Below the pieces are notes generated by a model. It was not told the DNA's origin and ran no database searches. It saw only the letters and a list, made by a program, of their open reading frames with translations. From positions 1 through 57,906 of the IMG/VR virus record IMGVR_UViG_3300020147_000010: a stretch of 57,906 nucleotides of DNA. The stretch is one strand, 5' to 3'. The position numbers were made by a program, and so were the translations under genes. Of this stretch, positions 49,703 through 57,906 are shown one piece after another. The stretch's first letter is position 1; each line of letters begins with the position of its first letter. The DNA comes from a virus (Duplodnaviria > Caudoviricetes).

Positions 49703-52512
49703 TACAGGTACTCCTCCGGGTCGGGCGTCTCAGGCCAGGGCTGACGGACCATCGTCACCTGAACCACCTTCACGTTCGGGGCCGGGGCCGCCACGCGCCA
49801 GCCGCCCGGCGCGTACCAGCCCGGCTCGCCGCCGACCGGCGACCAGTAGACCCGCTCGCTGGACAGGATGCTCTCCAGCCGGTTGATGGCCTTCACGCCC
49901 TCCACCGCGATGGTCAGCGTCATGTCCTCCCCGGCCAGCGTGGTGGAGACCGAGGGGAGCCCGCCGTCCAGCGGGATGCTGTCCGAGACCAGCCGGGGGA
50001 AGGTGTGAGACCGGTCGGTGGTGACGGCCATCCGGTCGGTGAAGGTGCTCAGCCGGTCCAGGTCGTCCCCGTGGGTCAGGCTCGGCACCGTGGCGCTGGC
50101 GAAGTCCGAGACCTTGAGCTCCGGCACGGGGAGCGGGCCGCCGGAGATCGTGCCGTCCAGTCGGACGAAATGCACCTCCCGATACGGCGGGATGTGGCTC
50201 ACGCTGTTGGTGTTGCCGGAGCCGTTCGAGCTGACGCCGGGGGAAGCGCTCGCCGTGCTCCCCCCGCTGTGGTCGTGGGTGGTCGTGGGCGAGTCGCCCA
50301 GGTCACCGAACGAGGGCCGCTCGAACGAGCCCGTGGTGGACTGGCCCACGTCGATGGTGTGGCTGTGGTTGCCGATGTCGTGGGTGTGCGCCGGGGTCGT
50401 GTGGGAGTGGCTGGAGGTCCCCCCGGTGCTGTTCACCGAGTCGGAGCCCTTCTCCCTGGCGAACCAGGTCCGCATGTCCGGCGTGCCGTTCGCGCCGTTG
50501 CACAACGTCAGGAGCGGGTCCAGGTCGGCCACCGCACCGGTGTAGAGCCCGATGATCCGGGTCTGGGTGCCGCCACCGGTGTTCCGGAGGACCCTCAGCC
50601 GCCGGTTGGGCGGCTCCAAGTTGACCGCGTTCGTGGTCCCCCCGCCCACGCTGTTGGTGTTGCCGGTGCTGGCCGGGGCCACGTTCAGCGGGTGGGTGTG
50701 CCGGGGGAGCCAGCGCGGGGAGCTGGAGCCGTACCCGGCCTCGGTGCCGGAGCTCGGGTTCGAGAGCGAGGTGGAGCCGATGCTGTGGTCGTGGCTCACG
50801 CCGTTGTGGCTGTGCGCGTTGACGGTGTGCGAGTGGGTGGCCGCGCCGGAGGTCGCGCCGCCGTTGCCGCCCGAGGGCGCGCCCTTCAGGAACCGGCCCG
50901 CCGAGCTCGCGTCGTCGGTCCAGCCGGACACGCTCTCGGTCGAGAACCCGAGGATGCCGACCGGGTACGCGGCCTGAGCGCCGTCCGACTTGATCCAGAT
51001 CACGTCCCGAGCCGGGGGCGCGTTGTTGGCCGCGCTCGTGCCGGGAGCGGAGCTGGAGGTGTTGTACGGCCCGGCGCTCCCGGTGGAGCTCGGCCGGGTG
51101 TGCGTGTGCGGCTGGTCGGCCTGGGGCTGGCTCGCGCCGTTGAACCGCGCCGAGGTGGTGGAGCTGTTCGAGCTCCCCGTGGAGCCGCCCACGCTGTGGC
51201 TGTGGGCCGCGATCTGGTGCGTGTGGCCGGGCGTGGTGTGGCTGTGGCTGGCCGCGCCGCCGGTGGCGACCGGCGCGCCGGTGCCGTTGCTGCCTCGGGG
51301 GAACACGCCGTCCAGCGCGGTGACTCGCGTCCAGCCGGACGGGATGCTGGCGGCCGTGCCCGGCCAGCCCAGGATCATGTCATCCGGGATGGTGTCGGGG
51401 AGCTCCACGAACGTCGAGACGTAGCCCTGGTAGCGCACCCGGTACGTGATGTCGCACGGCTCGCTTGACACTTCACAGTCAGGACCGCTCGGGAGCGGGT
51501 CGAGCTGGGGGATCGCCAGGTCCAGGTACGAGCCGTTCAGCCCATCCGGCACGGTGGCGATGCGCTGGGAGCCGGTGCAATCGTCGCGCCAGACCTCGGC
51601 CACCACGTAGTCGTTGTCCCACGCCTGGCCGCCCGGGTACTCCCAGGTGACCCGGTAGCCGCCGAACTCCGGCGTCACGGTGACCAGGGGAGGGGACGGC
51701 GGGGGGACCGTGTTCTGGACGCTGAACGTCCGGGTCAGGCCGTGCTCGAACGGGTCGGAGCCCCGGATGGTGGAGCGGACCATGAACTGGGCCGTGTACG
51801 CCCCGTCGTCCAGGCCGGTGTCCATCGGCAGGGTGGCCGGGGGCGTGCCGGAGCCGGACTGGGTGAACACCGGCGCGTTGCCCGCGTCGTAGACGGTGAC
51901 GGACCAGTTCAGCGCCGGGAGCCCGTCGTAGGCCACCGCGCCGAACGCGAGGACCGGCTGGTTGGTGTCGGTGATCGTGCCGCCGGTCTGGTCCACCCCG
52001 GCGTTGTCCTGGACCTCGGGGTCGTACTGGGGCCGGAGCCGACAGTCGATGTCCACGTAGCACTCGGCCGTACGGAGCTCGGTCGGCGCGCCGGTCTCGA
52101 TGCTCGGCCAGCCGCCGCCGATGTTCAGGTCCGAGAGCGCTCCGGCCGTCGCCAGCCCGTAGTCCGAGGTCTGGTACCACTCCCCGGCCCGCTCGGTCAT
52201 GGTGTCGGTGACATCCACCGAGTCATATTCGATGTAGTCCTGGGTGCCGCGCCCCAGGTCGATGTCCTCGGTGGCCGTGCCCACGTCGGTCCGGATGCGG
52301 ATGCGACCCCTGATCCGGTGGCGCTGGTACCCGGCGGCCGGGGTGTGCGGCTCCAGCCGCAACGACCAGTTGCCGGAGTTGCCGGTCAGGAACCGGATGT
52401 AGGTCGAATCGGAGTTGTCCGAGGTGACCCCGGCCAGGGTGCCGGACGGGACGGCGGTCCCCAGCCCCGCCTTGAGCACCGAGACCGGTCGGAGAACGTT
52501 GGTCACAGCCAT
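49702..52512 (-). CDS. Large minor tail protein with three tandem collar/HxH repeats
   Basis: Three ~130-aa units, each with four HxH motifs; paralogous to 52545..56432. Confidence 0.85.
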   Translation of the reverse strand: MAVTNVLRPVSVLKAGLGTAVPSGTLAGVTSDNSDSTYIRFLTGNSGNWSLRLEPHTPAAGYQRHRIRGRIRIRTDVGTATEDIDLGRGTQDYIEYDSVDVTDTMTERAGEWYQTSDYGLATAGALSDLNIGGGWPSIETGAPTELRTAECYVDIDCRLRPQYDPEVQDNAGVDQTGGTITDTNQPVLAFGAVAYDGLPALNWSVTVYDAGNAPVFTQSGSGTPPATLPMDTGLDDGAYTAQFMVRSTIRGSDPFEHGLTRTFSVQNTVPPPSPPLVTVTPEFGGYRVTWEYPGGQAWDNDYVVAEVWRDDCTGSQRIATVPDGLNGSYLDLAIPQLDPLPSGPDCEVSSEPCDITYRVRYQGYVSTFVELPDTIPDDMILGWPGTAASIPSGWTRVTALDGVFPRGSNGTGAPVATGGAASHSHTTPGHTHQIAAHSHSVGGSTGSSNSSTTSARFNGASQPQADQPHTHTRPSSTGSAGPYNTSSSAPGTSAANNAPPARDVIWIKSDGAQAAYPVGILGFSTESVSGWTDDASSAGRFLKGAPSGGNGGATSGAATHSHTVNAHSHNGVSHDHSIGSTSLSNPSSGTEAGYGSSSPRWLPRHTHPLNVAPASTGNTNSVGGGTTNAVNLEPPNRRLRVLRNTGGGTQTRIIGLYTGAVADLDPLLTLCNGANGTPDMRTWFAREKGSDSVNSTGGTSSHSHTTPAHTHDIGNHSHTIDVGQSTTGSFERPSFGDLGDSPTTTHDHSGGSTASASPGVSSNGSGNTNSVSHIPPYREVHFVRLDGTISGGPLPVPELKVSDFASATVPSLTHGDDLDRLSTFTDRMAVTTDRSHTFPRLVSDSIPLDGGLPSVSTTLAGEDMTLTIAVEGVKAINRLESILSSERVYWSPVGGEPGWYAPGGWRVAAPAPNVKVVQVTMVRQPWPETPDPEEYL

Positions 52513-52544
52513 ACTGTCACCCTATCCTGGGCTCGGAGGACATC

Positions 52545-55500
52545 TCAGACCCCCACGTCCGCGAGCTGGGGAGCGGGCTCCGGGCCGGTCCCGATGAACG
52601 TCGCGGTGACCTGGCGGATGCGGCCCACCTTGACGATCCGGACGCTCTCGGTCACCGGCGCGGCCCAGACCTCCTCGGCGTCGCTCGGGCTGATCAGGAC
52701 CAGCGGCCGGGCGAGCACCGCGCGGAGCCGGGCCAGCTCGGCCTCGCTCTCCACGGCGGCCGTCATGCTCAGGTTCCGGCCGCCCGGGTCGGCGCTGGTG
52801 ACGAACCGCGAGCCCATCACGCCGGTGGCCGCCGTGAACGGCCGCTCCACGGCCCACTCGAACCGGCCGAGCACCGGAGCCCAGAGCGGGCCGTCCGGCC
52901 CGGTGGTCCGGATCAGGTGCTGGTCCTCGTCCCAGGTGAGGCAGAACAGGTCCGGGTCCGGCGGCGGAGTGGGCTCCTCCACGAGCTGGACGAACGCCAC
53001 CTCCTCGTACGGCGGCTCGGTCGTGGTGCTCGCCAGCGTCCCCGAGGTGGACTGGCCCACCGGCGGAGTGGCGTTGTCCGTGCTGCCAGCGCTGTGGGTG
53101 TGCGTGCCGGTCACGATCGTGACGGCCGCCGTGTTGCTCAGCGCGGCCGTGGGCGCGGCGGCGGAGCCGATGGTCTCGGTGTGGTTGTGCGTCCCCGTCG
53201 TGTGGTTGTGCTCGGGGCTGGTGTGCGTGTGCGGGTCCAGCGAGCCGCCGCTGGTGTTCACGGCCGCCGCGTCGGTGGTCACCCGGGGGTACCGGCCGAA
53301 CATATCCGGCGTCCCCTCGGTGCCGTCGCACAGCTTCCAGCCGTCCGGCACCGAGCCGATGGAGCCGCGCCAGAGGCAGATCAGGCCCACGGGGAGCGAG
53401 ACCCCGGCCGAGACGTTCTCCCGGAGCCGGAGCTGGCGGAACGGGGGGTTGAGCTGGCCGCTGGCCCCCGAGGTGCCAGCGCCGCCGGAGTTGAGGGCCG
53501 CCGTGGTGGACGTGCCCACGCTGATCGGGTGGCTGTGCGAGGTCGCCCACATGCCGGTGGTCGGACCGGCGAACACGGACCGGTTGCTGGCGAACGAACC
53601 GGTGTTCGGGCTGGTGTGCGTGTGGCTCGTCCCCGTGTGGGTGTGCGCGTCGATGGCGTGGGTGTGAGCCGCCACCGCGCTGGCCGCCGTGGTGCCGCCG
53701 TTGCCGCCGGGGGCCGCGCCCTTCAGGAACCGGCCGCCAGCATTCGCCAGCGCCGAGTCCGCCCAGCCTGACAGCTCAATGTCAAGGCTCAGCGCCGCCG
53801 CGCCGGGCGGCACGCCGAGGGGAGAGCCGTCCGACTCCACGAAAATGACCTCAGCGCGCGCCGGGTCGTTGCTGGCCGAGCCCACGCCGGGCGTGGTCGC
53901 ACCGCTGGCGACCGTGGCCGAGTTGGTGGGCGGCCGGGTGTGCGTGTGGGTGTTCAGCGCCACGGTGGTGCCCACCACGCCGTCCGAGGAGCTGAACGTG
54001 CCGGTGGCCGCACCGGTCGCGCCGGTGACGGTGTGGCTGTGGCTGATGTCGTGGGTGTGGCTCGGGAGCGTGTGCGTGTGCGTCGCCGCGCCGCCGGTGG
54101 TGCCCGGCTGAACGGCGGAGCTCGGGATGCCCTTGGGGTAGCGGCCGTCCAGCGCCGTGGTCCGGGTCCAGCCCGCCGGGATGCTGGCGTTCGTCCCCGG
54201 CCAGGCGATGATCAGGCCCGCCGGGACGCCCGGGTCGTACACGTCCGACCAGTCCGAGATCCGGAGGTCCCCGTCCACCCGGCCCACGGTGCGCGCCCGG
54301 TAGTACGAACAGCACTGCTCGGCCGGGTGGTCGCACGTCGCGCCCACGCCGGTCCGGGGGAGCGTGTAGTCCGTCCACGTGGCGCACTCATCGGACGCCA
54401 GCGGGCCGAGCATCGCCACGGTGTGCGTGGAGGTGGGCGAGTAGATCCGGCCGCCGCTGGCGACGCTCCAGGCGTTGCCCTGGGCGTCCTCGAACGTCGT
54501 CGTCCCGTCCAGGTGGTTGGTGAAGTCGGGCGAGAGCATGACCTGGCCGTCCGGCGCGTTGCGGAACTCGGCCGAGTAGATCCGGCCGGTCCACCGGTTC
54601 AGCGGGCCGGAGCCGCCCATGTACGCGCCCACGTAGTACGCGGCCGAGGAGTTGAACAGCGGCCGGGGCGCGCCGCCGGTCAGGGCCTCCCCGATCGGCC
54701 GCCAGTCGTCGTCCTCGGTGTCGCGCGTCGCGTACTCCACGCGCCACGCGCCGCCCTGGTCCGCCCAGAACCGGGTCCGGACCCAGGCGTTGCCGAACGG
54801 GTCCACCGGGACCGGCTCGGTGCTGATGGCGAACTCCAGCGCGCTGGTGCCGTCCTGGCTCCAGCCGAGCACCAGGCGGCCCCGGTCGTCCAGTGCCAGC
54901 CGCCAGGCGCGCTGGTCCGAGACGGTGCTGTAGTGGCTCGCCAGGGTGTCCTCGTCCCCCGGCTCCGGCCGCCAGCCGTCGTCCCGCCCGGCCTGGATGA
55001 CCACCTCCAGGTCCACCGGGGAGGTGATCTCCTCGAACGTGACCTGGGTGACGTAGACCTGGGTACCGTCCGGGCCGATGATCGTCGGGCCGTAGTTGCC
55101 GTAGGCCACGTCCACCGGGGCCACGCCCTCGGCCTCGTACTTGGTCCAGACCCCGGCGGCCAGCGCCGCGCCCGGCGTGTAGACGCCCCCGATGTAGTCC
55201 ACCCCGGCGTTGAACCAGTCGATGGCCGCCGTGACGCTGGCGATGGGCACCGGCGCGTACAGCCAGAAGGTGGTCCGGTAGGTCCGGCCCGCCACGACCT
55301 CGGCGGAGTTGAGCACGCCATCCGGCCGGACGTAGGTCTGGGCCGCGCCGCCGGTGACGGTGAGCAGCGCGGAGCCGTGGCCCTCGTGCTCCTGGGCGTC
55401 GCTGTGCACCAGCGAGCCGCCGGTGGGAGCCCAGCCTGACACTGACGTGTCAAAGTCCCCGGACACCCGGGCGCGCGAGATCGCCAGCTCGGGAGCCGGG

Positions 55501-56432
55501 GCGCTGGCGTAGCTGTCCCCGGTGCCGGTGAGCTCCAGGTAGCCGCCCACCGGGCAGTCCACCCGCTGGACCTCCACGTAGCCCACGCCCCCGTCCAGCT
55601 CGTCCACGAACGGGGCGCACGCCTCGATCTCGTAGAACGGGCTGTCCGGGACCGGGGTCACCTCGGGGTTGGCGGGCTTGGCGACCTGGCCCACGTTCAC
55701 CGTGAACGCCAGGTTGTTGATCATGCTGGCGTACGCGGTGTTCTGGCCGAGCGTGCTCCAGACCTGGGTGTGGGCGATATACGAGCCGTTGTCCAGGGCG
55801 GCGGTCTGCCGGTTGACGGCCGCGCCCGAGACCACGCCGGTGTCCCAGACCGTGGCCCCGTCGCGGGTCACCCAGTACCGGTACTGGCGCGCGGCCAGGC
55901 CATCCAGGTCGATGGAGGCCGCGCGGATCGTCGGCTGGGCCGTGTCGCTGACCGAGGTGGTGACCGAGCCGGAGCCGTCCAGGATCTGGGGCGTGAAGGT
56001 CGGGGCCTCCCGGCTGTCCACGTCCAGGTACAGCTCCTCGATCCGGACGCCGGTGGACTGGCCCGTGACGTAGGTGTAGAGCACGGTCGAGCCGTCGTGC
56101 GGCGCGCCGAACCCCCAGGAGCCGGTGACGGTCTCGGGGGAGGCCGGGAACTGACCGGCCGCACCGGCGACCAGCGCGCCGGAGCTGAGCCGCACGGCCC
56201 ACCAGGCGTCCCCGTCCTCGCCGCGCGCCCGGAGCCGGACCTGGTGCCGACGCTCGCCCACCGGCGGGGAGTCCACCGGCGTGGCGAGGATCAGCGCCGA
56301 GCCGGAGCCGCCCCAGGTCGCGTACGTCGCGTCCGAGTTGTCGCTGGTCACGCCGTGGAGCGTGCCGGTGCTCGGCGTCCAGCCAACCCCCGAGGAGGTG
56401 GCGGACGGCCGGAGCGTGGTGATCGTGCCCAT
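52545..56432 (-). CDS. Large minor tail protein: carbohydrate-binding-like and LamG-like inserts plus three tandem collar/HxH repeats
   Basis: First gene after tape measure; GDFDTSVSGW...VVAGRTY (CBM-like); RWTGRIYSAE (LamG-like); HTH/HSH repeats. Confidence 0.85.
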   Translation of the reverse strand: MGTITTLRPSATSSGVGWTPSTGTLHGVTSDNSDATYATWGGSGSALILATPVDSPPVGERRHQVRLRARGEDGDAWWAVRLSSGALVAGAAGQFPASPETVTGSWGFGAPHDGSTVLYTYVTGQSTGVRIEELYLDVDSREAPTFTPQILDGSGSVTTSVSDTAQPTIRAASIDLDGLAARQYRYWVTRDGATVWDTGVVSGAAVNRQTAALDNGSYIAHTQVWSTLGQNTAYASMINNLAFTVNVGQVAKPANPEVTPVPDSPFYEIEACAPFVDELDGGVGYVEVQRVDCPVGGYLELTGTGDSYASAPAPELAISRARVSGDFDTSVSGWAPTGGSLVHSDAQEHEGHGSALLTVTGGAAQTYVRPDGVLNSAEVVAGRTYRTTFWLYAPVPIASVTAAIDWFNAGVDYIGGVYTPGAALAAGVWTKYEAEGVAPVDVAYGNYGPTIIGPDGTQVYVTQVTFEEITSPVDLEVVIQAGRDDGWRPEPGDEDTLASHYSTVSDQRAWRLALDDRGRLVLGWSQDGTSALEFAISTEPVPVDPFGNAWVRTRFWADQGGAWRVEYATRDTEDDDWRPIGEALTGGAPRPLFNSSAAYYVGAYMGGSGPLNRWTGRIYSAEFRNAPDGQVMLSPDFTNHLDGTTTFEDAQGNAWSVASGGRIYSPTSTHTVAMLGPLASDECATWTDYTLPRTGVGATCDHPAEQCCSYYRARTVGRVDGDLRISDWSDVYDPGVPAGLIIAWPGTNASIPAGWTRTTALDGRYPKGIPSSAVQPGTTGGAATHTHTLPSHTHDISHSHTVTGATGAATGTFSSSDGVVGTTVALNTHTHTRPPTNSATVASGATTPGVGSASNDPARAEVIFVESDGSPLGVPPGAAALSLDIELSGWADSALANAGGRFLKGAAPGGNGGTTAASAVAAHTHAIDAHTHTGTSHTHTSPNTGSFASNRSVFAGPTTGMWATSHSHPISVGTSTTAALNSGGAGTSGASGQLNPPFRQLRLRENVSAGVSLPVGLICLWRGSIGSVPDGWKLCDGTEGTPDMFGRYPRVTTDAAAVNTSGGSLDPHTHTSPEHNHTTGTHNHTETIGSAAAPTAALSNTAAVTIVTGTHTHSAGSTDNATPPVGQSTSGTLASTTTEPPYEEVAFVQLVEEPTPPPDPDLFCLTWDEDQHLIRTTGPDGPLWAPVLGRFEWAVERPFTAATGVMGSRFVTSADPGGRNLSMTAAVESEAELARLRAVLARPLVLISPSDAEEVWAAPVTESVRIVKVGRIRQVTATFIGTGPEPAPQLADVGV

Positions 56433-56447
56433 GTCCCTACCTCCCCG

Positions 56448-57906
56448 TCATCGTGCCAAGGTAGCTTGCCCCAGGCGCTCCAGGATGGCCTCGGCGGCCT
56501 CCTGGCCCGCCTCGCGGCCCTGGCCCTGGACCACGATGGCCCCGGCCTGGATCGTCACGTGGACGCCCGGCGCGCCCAGCGCCGCGCCGTCGCCGCCGCG
56601 CGCCCGGCCAGCGGCGGCAGCAGCCGCCGAGGCCGCGAACGTGGGGAGGTCCCCCGTCAGCCCGGCCAGGGTCTTCTTGATCGTGCCGAACTCGCGCTCC
56701 AGGCCGGTCCCGAACCCTTGCATGACCAGGCGGCCGGAGTTTTCCAGGATGCGCTTGTCCACCTCGGCCGGACCCTTCCAGTCCGGGAGCATGGCGGTCA
56801 GCGAGCCCAGCAGCGAGCGCACCCGGCCGAACCCGGCCTGGATGCCGGAGATCAGGCCGTTGATGATCTGGCGGCCCGCGTTGACCAGCCACCCGGCGGC
56901 ACCGGCCAGCGCGCCGGTGACCGCGCCCCGGACGCTGGAGACGGCGGAGCGCACGTTCCCGATCGCTCCCCGGACCGCGTTCGCCATCCCGGTCATCAGC
57001 GACCGGCCAGCGCTCACCAGCCAGGAGGCCGCGCTGGCCGCCGCGCCCACGAGGGCGCTCCGGACCGCGCCGATGGCTCCGGCCGCCCGGCTCACACCGG
57101 CCGAGATCACCGAGCCGATGAACCCGGCCATCAGCCGGACACCGGCGGCCACGATCTGGCCGAGCGCCGAGAGGAGCCCCTGGGTGATCGCCGCGTTGAT
57201 CTTCAGGACCGCCCCGAGGATCTGGGGGATGGCCCGGATGAACGCCTGGGTCAGCATGACCATGATCCGGAGCGCGGCGGCGGCCAGCGCCGGGCCGTTG
57301 TCGATCAGCGCCTGGACCAGCGTCGGAATCAGGGTGTCCGTGATGAAACTGATGATCATCGGAAGCGACGTATTGAACGCCTCCACGATCTTGAGAATCA
57401 TCTGGATACCGGCCTCGAAAATGGCCGGGGCATTCTGGAGGAACGCGGCGAGCTGGGGGATCAGCGTCCCCGTGATGAACTGGACGAGGATCGGCAGATT
57501 GGCGACGAACGCATTCAGCAATTGCGTCATCACCGCGATTCCGGCCTCAATGAATTGCGGCGCGTTCTCGAACAGCGAGGTGATCGCCGGGATGATCACG
57601 CCGGTGATCGTGCTCGTGATGATGCCGATGTTCTGGATGAACCCGTTCATCACTTGCTGGATCATGTTCAGGCCCTGTTGCATCAGGGCCGGTCCCTGGG
57701 TCGCCAGGGTGTTGAGCAGCGTCGGGATGAGCTCGCCCTGGATCGTCGCCACGACCTGGGGGAGGGCCTGGCCGATCCCCTGGATGATCGCCGTGATGAT
57801 GTTGATGCCCAGGAGGAGGAGCTGGGGCGCGGCGCTGATGAACGCGCTCAGGATCTGGGGGATGGCCTGGATCAGCGCCGTGGCGATGGTCGGCAGGGCG
57901 GTCATC
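56448..57906 (-). CDS. Tape measure protein, C-terminal part
   Basis: Continuation of 1..1793; WLVNAGRQIINGLISGI and LPDWKGP..D..IL..SGRLVMQG motifs. Confidence 0.92.
   Translation of the reverse strand, partial: MTALPTIATALIQAIPQILSAFISAAPQLLLLGINIITAIIQGIGQALPQVVATIQGELIPTLLNTLATQGPALMQQGLNMIQQVMNGFIQNIGIITSTITGVIIPAITSLFENAPQFIEAGIAVMTQLLNAFVANLPILVQFITGTLIPQLAAFLQNAPAIFEAGIQMILKIVEAFNTSLPMIISFITDTLIPTLVQALIDNGPALAAAALRIMVMLTQAFIRAIPQILGAVLKINAAITQGLLSALGQIVAAGVRLMAGFIGSVISAGVSRAAGAIGAVRSALVGAAASAASWLVSAGRSLMTGMANAVRGAIGNVRSAVSSVRGAVTGALAGAAGWLVNAGRQIINGLISGIQAGFGRVRSLLGSLTAMLPDWKGPAEVDKRILENSGRLVMQGFGTGLEREFGTIKKTLAGLTGDLPTFAASAAAAAAGRARGGDGAALGAPGVHVTIQAGAIVVQGQGREAGQEAAEAILERLGQATLAR
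57604..57906. repeat. Terminal overlap, copy 2
   Basis: Matches 1-303 with two mismatches. Confidence 0.97.

Larger units (their letters stand above)
1701..55452. promoter_or_regulatory. Dispersed family of palindromic sites TGAC-N8-GTCA (at least 31 exact copies)
   Basis: 16-mers start at 1701, 1813, 2680, 4781, 6243, 7792, 10047, 10121, 12866, 15474, 18456, 22889, 24729, 25960, 28378, 31343, 33047, 35701, 36078, 39177, 41430, 41453, 42310, 42374, 43085, 43711, 45362, 48911, 51466, 53769, 55437; one-mismatch copies at 6677, 21156, 22148, 22179, 25922, 40562. Confidence 0.9.

Noticed and set aside
49702-56432. Diversity-generating retroelement or invertible tail-fibre cassette
   Set aside because: No reverse transcriptase or invertase gene; the paralogous repeats are diverged at DNA level rather than a near-identical TR/VR pair

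Overview
The window is a complete, circularly assembled siphovirus-type actinobacteriophage genome of about 57.6 kb. Bases 1-303 repeat at 57604-57906, and the tape-measure gene runs across that junction. GC is very high (roughly 70%+ by eye). A Micromonosporaceae/actinomycete host is inferred, not shown. Nearly all core genes are on the minus strand: terminase, lysis, portal, MuF-like protein, protease, hexamer- and pentamer-type capsid proteins, head-tail and tail genes, tape measure, two large paralogous tail proteins, a three-glycosyltransferase cassette, RuvC-like resolvase, YqaJ exonuclease, SSB, SF2 helicase and a single primase-helicase-PolA fusion. Small accessory genes are interspersed, often on the plus strand. 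I see no integrase, partition system, CRISPR array or reverse transcriptase. The most striking unexplained signals are these. (1) At least 31 exact copies of the palindrome TGAC-N8-GTCA (consensus TTGACA-N6-TGTCAA) are spread around the genome, both over early promoters and inside coding genes. (2) A second box, GAGATG(T/C)CC, precedes leaderless late promoters. (3) A CCA-ended tRNA-like RNA sits in a structured non-coding leader upstream of ssb. (4) Two copies of a ~140 bp inverted-repeat element lie at nearly opposite points of the circle. (5) Two tail proteins each carry three tandem HxH needle repeats in one chain. All protein family calls come from motif recognition by eye, not database searches.
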